The notes under the pieces were generated by a model that did no database searches, was not told the DNA's origin, and saw only the letters and a program-made list of their open reading frames with translations. 64,000 nt of DNA from an uncultured Verrucomicrobiae bacterium (lineage in GTDB: Bacteria > Verrucomicrobiota > Verrucomicrobiia > Limisphaerales > JAHDYP01). Position numbers and translations under genes: made by a program. Location of the stretch: assembly GCA_963765535.1 (NCBI GenBank), contig CAVXWU010000004.1, positions 593,202 through 657,201 of the forward strand, read 5' to 3'. Numbering within the stretch: the stretch's first letter is position 1; every line of letters starts with the position of its first letter. This document shows, piece by piece, positions 1 to 8,400 of this stretch.

Positions 1-1116
1 GCGATAACTCAGCCCGAGACTGCCCAGGTGGAGATCGGAGTCCGGAACTAACGGAGTAAAGTTCCGGTCCGGACTTGAATTCTCACTGAAGAAGTAACCA
101 CCACTCAAATAGTAACCCCGCCCCAAACTCCGAGTCACTCCAAACTCGTACATCCAACTTGAGCGGTAATTCAGGGGTATGACCTGGTCTCCACCTGGCG
201 CCCCGGTCAACGGGATCGCATTCAAATTATCCCAATCCGTCCAGTCGACGTTCACTTCCAAGTTCCATTTCTCCGTCGGCCGAAACGACACCCCGGCTAC
301 GACGTATTGAGGAAACCGAATCTCCGCCTTCGCGGAACTTGAGAGCGACATCGAGGCGGGAACCAAGAGGTCGATGTCCGCATCGCCCCGGTACTCGATC
401 GTGGTCGAGTATCGATAATTCAGGCCCAAAGCCCATTGGCGGTGCGGTTCCCATCGCACCCCTGCGTTGAAGCCGTAGCCCGTGCCGTCGCCATCGAACT
501 TGAACTGGTCCCCCGGCACCGCAACTCCACGGGTCAGGTTGGCCTGCGAATAATTGATCGTGGGCCCGATGGCGACGGAGAGCTTCGGATGCACGGACCA
601 TGCAACCACCGGATTGACGCAGAGATAGAGGAGCTTCCCATCCTGCACCAGCGTCCGGAAGGGATTGTTGTCACCCCAATCCAAGGCCAGACCGAACGGC
701 ACATAGACGCCCAGCCCAAAAGAAATGGGTACGGACTCCAAGGAATTCACATAATAAAGCTGCGGCGCCGACTGAAGGGAGGAGTCGGTTTTCGCCGTGG
801 CACCGGTCGGCGATTCATAATCAATTCCGGTCGAGAGAAAATAGAGGCCGGCCTGGACATTTTGACCCTTCAACTGGGTAATGCCTGCCGGGTTGTAATA
901 AATCGCGGAAGGATTATCCGCAGTTGCCACAAAGGCGTTCCCACGCGCGATGGCCTCAGGGTCCTGGTTCGGCAACCGCAGGCCAACCGCGCCGGCCTCG
1001 AGAGAAACGAACAGACACCAGCCCAGCTTAAGTAAAAGCCGTTTCTTCCGCTTCACCAAGTCAAGTCCCAACGGCCCACTGCAATGACCACCTGCCAAAT
1101 GTGCGCTTTCGTTCAT
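1..1116 (-). CDS. Outer-membrane transporter of the FadL/OmpP1/TodX family (3' end runs off the window)
   Basis: Absent from the ORF track because no stop lies inside the window. Hand translation of the minus strand from ATG (1116..1114) stays open for all 372 codons down to position 1: MNESAHLAGG..VKRKKRLLLKLGWCLFVSLEAGAVGLRLPNQDPEAIARGNAFVATADNPSAIYYNPAGITQLKGQNVQAGLYF... The ARGNAFVATADNPSAIYYNPAG block is the N-terminal signature of FadL-type barrels. Tyr/Gly/Asn-rich strand-like segments follow. In-frame GTG at 1056 gives a cleaner signal peptide and may be the true start. Confidence 0.8.
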   Translation of the reverse strand, partial: MNESAHLAGGHCSGPLGLDLVKRKKRLLLKLGWCLFVSLEAGAVGLRLPNQDPEAIARGNAFVATADNPSAIYYNPAGITQLKGQNVQAGLYFLSTGIDYESPTGATAKTDSSLQSAPQLYYVNSLESVPISFGLGVYVPFGLALDWGDNNPFRTLVQDGKLLYLCVNPVVAWSVHPKLSVAIGPTINYSQANLTRGVAVPGDQFKFDGDGTGYGFNAGVRWEPHRQWALGLNYRYSTTIEYRGDADIDLLVPASMSLSSSAKAEIRFPQYVVAGVSFRPTEKWNLEVNVDWTDWDNLNAIPLTGAPGGDQVIPLNYRSSWMYEFGVTRSLGRGYYLSGGYFFSENSSPDRNFTPLVPDSDLHLGSLGLSYR

Positions 1117-1258
1117 AATTGAATGACCAAACTCACGTTCTTTGAGGCACCCTCGCTGAGCACGGAGAATGCCACCGACCTGCACCGCTCAGCCGGCGTA
1201 CCGAGAATCCGTTCGAAGTATCCGACGCCGTCGACGCAAAACAACCGCCCCATTTTGC

Positions 1259-1536
1259 TAAGTGGTCTGTTTCATAAATACGGTTACGTTCGCGGCCAGG
1301 GGTTTTTCGGCCAGACGAGGCGCGAGCAACGAGCATACCCGCAGCGGTCTGTAAGGCGCGAGCAACGAAGTCTGGCCGAAAAAGAACGGCCGCCCGGAGG
1401 GTTGCGCCGAATTTGGCCTGGGGCGGCGTTGCCCGGTCGGTCGAGTATCGCAGAGGATACACTCTCGCCCTCGCGCCTTGCCTCAGGCCAAATTGGGCGC
1501 AACGAACGTGACCGTATTTATGAAACAGACCACTTA
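1259..1536. mobile_element. 278-bp MITE-like / nested-palindrome element with 34-bp terminal inverted repeats
   Basis: Left arm 1259..1292 is TAAGTGGTCTGTTTCATAAATACGGTTACGTTCG. The reverse complement of the right arm 1503..1536 is TAAGTGGTCTGTTTCATAAATACGGTCACGTTCG, giving 33/34 matches. Both ends are TA. Two further long internal hairpins are present (about 1293..1393 and about 1401..1504). The element has no coding capacity. It sits in the intergenic gap between the ada-like stop (1544) and the FadL-like start (1116). Confidence 0.5.
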
Positions 1537-1543
1537 ACCGTGT

Positions 1544-2401
1544 CTATGCAGTTGAGGGAAACCACGAATTGGCAACGCGCGCGCTTTCCCATGCCAGCAT
1601 CGCCCGCTTTCGAATGGTTCCCCAATGGTAGTTCCCCACCACTCCGGTCTCCCGGATCACTCGATGACACGGCACCAGGTAGGCCAGCGGATTCTGTCCC
1701 ACCGCGTTCCCCACCGCCCGGGCCGCGCCCGTCATTCCTACCGCCCCAGCCACCGCCCCATAACTCACCACCGTGCCGGGACGCACCTCCAATAATGCCC
1801 GCCACACCCGCACTTGAAACGCGGTCCCTCGGACGAACGCGCGCAAAACCGGCCGGGTGTTTCGAGCCGGACCTCGCTCAAAGATCCTGGTCGCCAACCT
1901 CCGGGCAACGCCATCGTCTCGATGCAGCCGCGCCCGGGGCCAACTCGCCTGAATCTCAGCCAATTGTGCCTCGGCCGCGGGCGTGTCCGCGAACGACAGG
2001 TGACAGACCCCGCGCGGCCCCTCGCCAATGAGGCACTTCCCAAAAGGGCTGTCCGCGAGCCCGGCGGAGATCGTCCAACCCGCGCCGCCGGACTTCAACT
2101 CGCCCGGAGAAGCCGCTTCCATGTTCACGCAAAGATCATGCAATCGCCCGGGGCCTGAAAGCCCTTCGGCCAGGGCGACGTCCAGAACACTCGATCCGTT
2201 TCGGAGCAGGGTTTTCGCATGAGCCACGGTAAGACACTGAAGAAAATCCTTTGGGGTAATCGCAGCCCAGGACGTAAACAGGCGGTGAAAGTGAAATGGA
2301 CTCAGACCGATATGTGCGGCCAACGTAGCCAGATCCGGTTGTTCCGTGCGCGATTGGTCGAGGTATCGAATAACGCGGGCGACCCGTGCATAATCGTTCA
2401 T
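1544..2401 (-). CDS. AraC-type HTH domain fused to methylated-DNA-protein-cysteine methyltransferase (Ada/Ogt-like)
   Basis: Track ORF of 285 aa. The N-terminus is AraC-like (LATLAAHIGLSPFHFHRLFTSWAAITPKDFLQCLTVAHAKTLL). The C-terminus carries the alkyltransferase active-site motif VPCHRVI, preceded by GTVVSYGAVAGAVG..ARAVGNAVGQNPLAYL. Confidence 0.85.
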   Translation of the reverse strand: MNDYARVARVIRYLDQSRTEQPDLATLAAHIGLSPFHFHRLFTSWAAITPKDFLQCLTVAHAKTLLRNGSSVLDVALAEGLSGPGRLHDLCVNMEAASPGELKSGGAGWTISAGLADSPFGKCLIGEGPRGVCHLSFADTPAAEAQLAEIQASWPRARLHRDDGVARRLATRIFERGPARNTRPVLRAFVRGTAFQVRVWRALLEVRPGTVVSYGAVAGAVGMTGAARAVGNAVGQNPLAYLVPCHRVIRETGVVGNYHWGTIRKRAMLAWESARVANSWFPSTA

Positions 2402-2651
2402 GGAACGAAATTGGCATGGAACCGGGCCGGCTCACACCCGATTCTTGCGGACAAAGTAGTCGTTTGTGCCACTGCCGCTTTCACATTGAATAATTAATAC
2501 CATTAAGCCATGTTAGCACCAACGCGAAGAACGAGTGTCCCCCCGGCCGCGTCCCTTCGCCGGCTTCTCTTGAAGAAGTGCGCGGGGTGGCGCATGGGTT
2601 GATGGCGTTCGGCGAGACGCCAATCAATAGTGCCTAACGAAATCATTGACG

Positions 2652-2669
2652 GCCAGCATCGATGCTGGC
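2652..2669. repeat. Perfect 18-bp palindrome GCCAGCATCGATGCTGGC in the ada-like / sensor intergenic region (possible operator)
   Basis: Read directly from the sequence and exactly self-complementary. Function unknown. It lies 250 bp upstream of the ada-like start and 360 bp upstream of the sensor start. Confidence 0.3.
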
Positions 2670-3027
2670 AATCCGACCCTCGCCCCTGCGGCCTCTACAC
2701 CCAAGAATCGTGGAAGCTCGGCCGGACCGCCAACCGGAACCTGCGATTTTCACTTCCCTCGTCGATCTTAAGGCGTAGTCCAGGATTCTCACAGGCGTGC
2801 CCATTTCCGGCTTGCCCATTGCGGACGCTAAAGTTTTCGGACGTCCCAAGGCCTCGACCATCAACCCTTTCGCGATCGGATCTCCACACATCGCGGATCT
2901 TTGGCTGCAAGCTTGCACTGAAAGCGAACCGGCGTCTTATGCTGAACGTGATGGCCATATCGATTCCATTGGGTTCACCCCCATGCGGTCTTTCGAATCG
3001 CGGGGCCCAACAAGGTATCCGCCACCC

Positions 3028-5376
3028 ATGAAGTCGAGCCGCCCGTTATCTCAATCCATCGCTCAGATTGCCGCTGGCTGTGCCCTGAGCGGCGGCTTCT
3101 TGTCCCTGGCTGGAATGCTCTGGTGGTGGTCGGGCCGATGGCACGAGACGGCGTTCACCACGAATCAAGTCCCGATGGCGCCGAGCACCGCGCTCCTGAT
3201 GTTACTCTTGAGCGTTGCCGCATATCTGCGCACAAAGCCACGGGCCAACCGCGGCACTCGGATCGCCGAAGCCGCCTGCGGCCTGGCGGTCATCATGTTC
3301 GCCACGTTACTCGGGTTGTCAGCGTTTGTTGAGTTTGCCGGGCCAGTCGAATCCTGGTTATCGGGGACTTCAGAAACTCTGGGGAAATTTTCCCTGGGCC
3401 GGATGTCGCCCTGGACAGCCGGGACTTTCGTATTGGGCGCTGGAGCCCTTCTCTGCGCTCAAGCATCGGAATCGTTCTGGCGGCCGTTGCGGTCGATGGG
3501 TGGATGGCTGGGTTTGACGGTGTTGTTTGTGGGAGGGGCCGTCGTGGCCGGCTATGTCGCGCGCACGCCATTTTTGTATGGCGGCGCCTACATCCCGATG
3601 GCCAGGCTGACGGGCGGTACTTTCGCATTTCTCGGGGCCGCCATTCTCCTGGGTGGAGGGAGCGAGGCCTGGCCGCTACGGATGGTTCTTCGGGGACCCT
3701 CGGATTCCGATGGGCGGGCGACGTATCAGGTTCAGTGGTCATTATTATTGCTGTTTGTCGGGTTGGCGTCCGGGATCACTGTTGTGGGGTTGTTCTTTTT
3801 GAATCGACGCCAGGCGGAGGCCCGGGATGCGGCCCGCGCGGAGTTGGAGGCCATCGCCGATCTGAAAGCCCAGCAACTGGTAAACTGGCGGCAGGAGCGA
3901 CTGCTCGATGGCCGGTTCTTTTCCCAATCACCATTTGTGGCGCGGGATGTCCTCCGCCTGCTGGACGCTCCATCCGATAAAAGCGTTGTCAGTGAGGTCA
4001 AGCGCTGGCTCACCCTCCTGAAAGCGGATGAACGTTATGAGCGCGTTACGCTCTACGATTCTCAACTAAACCCTCTCGTTTCGGTTCCCGATCGGATCGG
4101 AGCCCTCAGCGCCGCCGAGCGCTCAGAGTTGGCGGGGGCATTGGACGCGGATCACGTCTTATTGAACGATCTGCATCGACACGATCCCAGCACGGGGATC
4201 CATTTGGATCTCTTTGTTCCCATATTTCTACCCGGCGCCTCGAACTCCATCGATGCCAAACTCTTGAATAGAACCGAACCGCCAATCGCAGTTCTTCATC
4301 TCCAGATTAACCCCATCACTTTTCTCTACCCGCTCGTCCAATCCTGGCCAACACCCAGTCCGAGTGCGGAGACGCTACTCATCAGACGTGAGGGAAACTC
4401 GGTCTTGTATCTGAACAATCTACGCCACCAGCCGGGGACGGGCATGATCCTGCGGCGTCCATTGAAGGACCCACGGCTGTTGGAGGCGATCGCCCTGAGG
4501 GAGGAGAATCGAGTTTGCGAAGGCCTCGACTATCGAGGCGTGCCAGTGGTTGCCGCCGTGCGCGCCGTGCCGGACACAACGTGGGTGATGGTGGCAAAAG
4601 TCGACGAGGCGGAGTTGTATGCGCCGGTGCGCCGACAGGCCCTGGCGGCGGGGGCTGTGACGCTCGCGCTGGTCTGCGCGTCGACCCTCGGAGTCACGGC
4701 ACTTTCTCAGCGGCGCAGCGAACAACTCCTGGCTGCCCAGCTCGTCGCGGAGCGCGAGCGCCGGATCTTGGCAGAGCGCTTCGAACATTTGATGAAGCAC
4801 GCGAATGATGCGGTCCTGTTGGTGGACGCACGGGGGCATATCCTCGAAGTCAATGACCGCGCGCTCCAGACTTATGGATGGACCCATGCGGAATTGAAGA
4901 ACTTGACTCTGCCCGACCTGCGCTCGCCCGGGTCCCGTCCAGGCTTTCCCGACCAGGTGCAGACCATGCACGAATGCGGACAGGCCTTGTTCGAAACGGA
5001 GCATCGACGCAAGGACGGGACCTGTTTTCCAGTCGAAGTCAGCGCGAACCTGGTGCACATCGATGGCCATCCGGTTGAACTGGCGATCGTGCGCGACATC
5101 ACCCGGCGCAAGGCCGAGGAAGCCCAACGACGGCAAGCAGAGGAGGCTTTACGGCGACAGGCGGAGGAATTGCGCCTTCGCAACGAGGATTTGACGCGCT
5201 TCAACCGCGCCACAGTTGACCGCGAACTTCGCATGATTGAACTGAAGAAACTGGTGAACGAGCTCTCCCGTCGTCTTCAGCGGCCACCTCCCTTCGCGCT
5301 CGATTTTATCGACGATCCCCCGATGACGCATGATTCGCGTGTTGCACCGGCCGACACCCCTGGAGACCGTTCATGA
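3028..5376 (+). CDS. Polytopic membrane sensor with a single PAS domain and C-terminal coiled coil, no kinase/output domain
   Basis: Track ORF 2797..5376. I moved the start to ATG 3028 (MKSSRPLSQSIAQIAAGCALSGGFLSLAGMLWWW), where the hydrophobic segments begin. About 8 hydrophobic stretches occur in the first 330 aa. The PAS core is HANDAVLLVDARGHILEVNDRALQTYGW...RRKDGTCFPVEVSANLVHIDGHPVELAIVRDITRRK. A coiled coil follows (RQAEEALRRQAEELRLRNEDLTRFNRATVDRELRMIELKKLVNEL). No H-box or ATPase motifs were seen. Confidence 0.75.
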   Translation: MKSSRPLSQSIAQIAAGCALSGGFLSLAGMLWWWSGRWHETAFTTNQVPMAPSTALLMLLLSVAAYLRTKPRANRGTRIAEAACGLAVIMFATLLGLSAFVEFAGPVESWLSGTSETLGKFSLGRMSPWTAGTFVLGAGALLCAQASESFWRPLRSMGGWLGLTVLFVGGAVVAGYVARTPFLYGGAYIPMARLTGGTFAFLGAAILLGGGSEAWPLRMVLRGPSDSDGRATYQVQWSLLLLFVGLASGITVVGLFFLNRRQAEARDAARAELEAIADLKAQQLVNWRQERLLDGRFFSQSPFVARDVLRLLDAPSDKSVVSEVKRWLTLLKADERYERVTLYDSQLNPLVSVPDRIGALSAAERSELAGALDADHVLLNDLHRHDPSTGIHLDLFVPIFLPGASNSIDAKLLNRTEPPIAVLHLQINPITFLYPLVQSWPTPSPSAETLLIRREGNSVLYLNNLRHQPGTGMILRRPLKDPRLLEAIALREENRVCEGLDYRGVPVVAAVRAVPDTTWVMVAKVDEAELYAPVRRQALAAGAVTLALVCASTLGVTALSQRRSEQLLAAQLVAERERRILAERFEHLMKHANDAVLLVDARGHILEVNDRALQTYGWTHAELKNLTLPDLRSPGSRPGFPDQVQTMHECGQALFETEHRRKDGTCFPVEVSANLVHIDGHPVELAIVRDITRRKAEEAQRRQAEEALRRQAEELRLRNEDLTRFNRATVDRELRMIELKKLVNELSRRLQRPPPFALDFIDDPPMTHDSRVAPADTPGDRS

Positions 5377-5457
5377 TCAATAGCCGCACCCCTGAAGTCT
5401 ATCGCATTCGACCCCGGCCGTTTTGCGACTGGTCACTCGACGGCCGAGCGCCTGCAA

Positions 5458-8400
5458 ATGGCTATTAACCTTTCCATTCTAGTGATCGAAAACAGCCCGG
5501 AACAATTCCAGCTGATCGATCAACAACTCGAACAAATCGCCCCCCCTGCCCGACCCCATCGCGTCACCACCCGTGACGAATTGGAAGCGGCCCTTGACCT
5601 GGGGGGCTGGGATGCCGTGGTGTCAAACTATGGCCTGCCCGACTTTGACTTCCCCCAGATTCTCAAGGCGATCCGATCGCATTATCCCGACTTGCCGCTG
5701 GTGCTCGTTTCGGCCCCCATCGGCGAAGAGAACCTGGTTGAATGGCTGAAGTCGGGCTTATCGGATTTTGTGCTTAAGGACCATCTGACCCGACTCGCGT
5801 TCGTCCTCGGTCGCACCCGGCGAGACGCCGCTCAGCGTCATGCCCGCGCCAGCGCGAGTGCGGAGCTCCGCGACTCCCGTATCGCCGCGCTCAACATGAT
5901 GGAGGATGCCGACGAAGCGAGGCGTCACGCGGAGGACGTCAGTGCCCGACTGCGACAGGAAATCGCCGGACATAAAGAAACGGTGCATGCGCTAAGGGAG
6001 CAAGAGCGCCAGATGACCACCCTTTTCAGCAACCTGCCCGGCATGGCGTATCGCTGCAGCAATGGCCCGCAGTGGACCATGGCGTTCGTGAGCGAAGGAT
6101 CGCGGGATTTGACCGGCTATTCTCCCGCCGACCTGGTGGAAAACAGCACGGTTGCCTATGGAAACCTGATTCATGCCGACGATCGGGAGGAGGTGTGGCG
6201 GCAGGTGCAGACCGCCCTGAAGCGGCGGCAACCGTTCCGCATCGGTTACCGGATCTCTACCGCCTGCGGCGAAGAACGCTGGGTGTGGGAACAAGGACGC
6301 GGGGTATTTGACGAGGCCGGGACATTGCTGGGATTGGAGGGATTTGTAACTGACGTCAGCGTCCAACGGCATGCCGAACTGGCATTGCAGCGGAGCCAGG
6401 CCCTGCTTTCCCAGGCGGGGCGGATGGCTCGACTCGGCGCCTGGGAGCTGGACGTCACGCATCTCGAGGCTTCCGATGCGAGCCCATTATGGTGGTCCGA
6501 GGAAGTCTTTCGAATCTTCGGCTATTCATCCAAAGAGGTGGAACCCAGCCGCCAACTCTTCTTCGAGCGGGTTCATCCGGAGGACCGAGGGCGGGTCATG
6601 CAAGCCGTCCAGCGGTCTCTGGACGAACGTCGACCTTACGAAATCGAACACCGCATCATCCGCCCCGACGGGACTGAACGAGTCGTCCTGGAACATGCGG
6701 TCACCGTGTTCGATGACCACGACGGTCCGCTCCGAATGATTGGCGCCGTGCAGGATATCACTGCCCGCAAGGCTGCCGAACAAGCCGTGCGTAACAGCGA
6801 AGCGCGGTACCGTGAGTTGGTGGAAAGCGCCAACAGCGCGATCCTCCGTTTCAAACGCGACGGAACGATTACCTTCTTCAATGAGTTTGCCCAGACCCTC
6901 TTCGGCTATCCGGCAGAGGAAGTTCTCGGCCGAAACGTGGACCTGCTTTTGCCGGAACACGAATCCGAAGACCACGATCTCAGCGGCTTGATCCGAGACA
7001 TCTTCAGTGATCCAGACCGCTTCGCCTTCAACATCAACGAAAACGTCTGCCGCGACGGCCGCCGTGTCTGGATGGCCTGGTCCAATAAGGCCATTCTGGA
7101 CCCCAAAGGCGAGGTCGCGGAAATCCTGGCGGTCGGTAGCGATATTACCGAACAACGGCGAGCGGAGGCAAAAGTCCGGCAGATGTCTGACCGGCTCCAA
7201 TTGGCCGCTCGCGCAGCCGTCGTCGGTGTTTGGGATTACGATTTGGTCCAGAATGAACTTGTGTGGGACGAGGCCATGTACCGCCTCTATGGCGTCTCCC
7301 GCAATGAGTTCGGTTGTGCATACGAGGCCTGGCAAACCTGTCTGCACCCCGAAGATCGCCACCGTACCCTCGAAGAGGTGGAACGAGCCCTCCGCGGCGA
7401 GCAGGAATTTGACACGGAGTTTCGCGTGGTCTGGCCGGACGGATCCATCCACTACATCAAAGCCACGGGTTTGGTCCAACGGGACGCCACGGGTCGGCCC
7501 GTGCGTATGCTGGGTACCAACTGGGACATTACCGAAAGTAAACGGGCGGCAGAGGCCCTCGCACAAAGGACTCGCCACGCATCGCTGGCGGCTGAGGTTG
7601 GTGCGGCGCTCGCCCGCAAAGCCAGCTTGCGCGATGTCCTTCAGGCATGCACCGAAGCGATGGTCCATCACCTGGATGCCGCGTTTGCCCGCATATGGAC
7701 GCTTAACCCGGAAGGAAATATCCTGGAGTTGCAGGCCAGCGCCGGGATGTACACCCACCTCGATGGGCCACATGGGAGGGTGACGATCGGCGATATGAAC
7801 ATCGGCCGCATCGCCGCGGAGAACCGGCCGCATCTCACCAATGACGTCGCCGGTGATCCCCGCATCGAAAACCCGGACTGGGCTCAGCGTGAAGGCATGG
7901 CGGCCTTCGCCGGGTACCCCCTCTGGGTCGAAGGCCAACTTCTCGGGGCGATGGCCCTCTTCACCCAACACCCGCTCTCAGATGCAGCCCTCGACGCCCT
8001 GGGCGCAACTGCCGACACCCTTGCCCTGGGAATCGAGCGGAAACGAATGGAAGAGGCACTCCGCGCGAGCGAGGAGCGGCACCGCATCCTGTTTGAAGAC
8101 TCCCGCGACGCCATCATGGTCGCTACGACTCCCAGCTTTAGATTTATTCGGGCAAATCCCGCGACATTTAAAATGTTCGGCGTAGCCAGCGAGGCCGTGT
8201 TCCAGAGTTTAAGCGCGGCGGAGCTCTCACCGGAATTTCAACCTGATGGTCGTTCTTCGCTTGAAGCGATCCGTGACATGATCGACTCGGCCCTGCGACA
8301 AGGCTCGCATTCGTTTGAATGGATGCATCGCCGCCTCACGGGCGAGCATTTTCCAGCCTCGGTCACCTTCACCCGAATGATACTGAGGGGCCAGACGGTG

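Noticed and set aside
227-1035. Track ORFs 436..1035 (+), 227..601 (-) and 534..719 (-)
   Set aside because: They are shadow frames of the unlisted minus-strand FadL-type gene (1..1116). That gene has a clear family signature, and these translations are Arg/Gly/Pro-rich nonsense.
1123-2031. 302-aa plus-strand ORF, Pro/Arg/Ser-rich
   Set aside because: It runs through the MITE-like element and then antisense to the well-supported Ada/Ogt-like gene. It has low-complexity composition and no motifs.
6526-7971. Long antisense ORFs inside big genes. Examples: 6526..7971 (-), 13932..15074 (-), 15393..16484 (-), 21942..22970 (-), 26265..27335 (-), 27957..29003 (-), 39817..41622 (-), 43294..44631 (+), 51299..53326 (+), 56229..57422 (-), 61626..62894 (+)
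   Set aside because: These are typical high-GC shadow ORFs opposite strongly supported genes. Their translations are Arg/Gly/Ala/Pro-rich with no recognisable motifs, while the sense-strand products carry clear family signatures.
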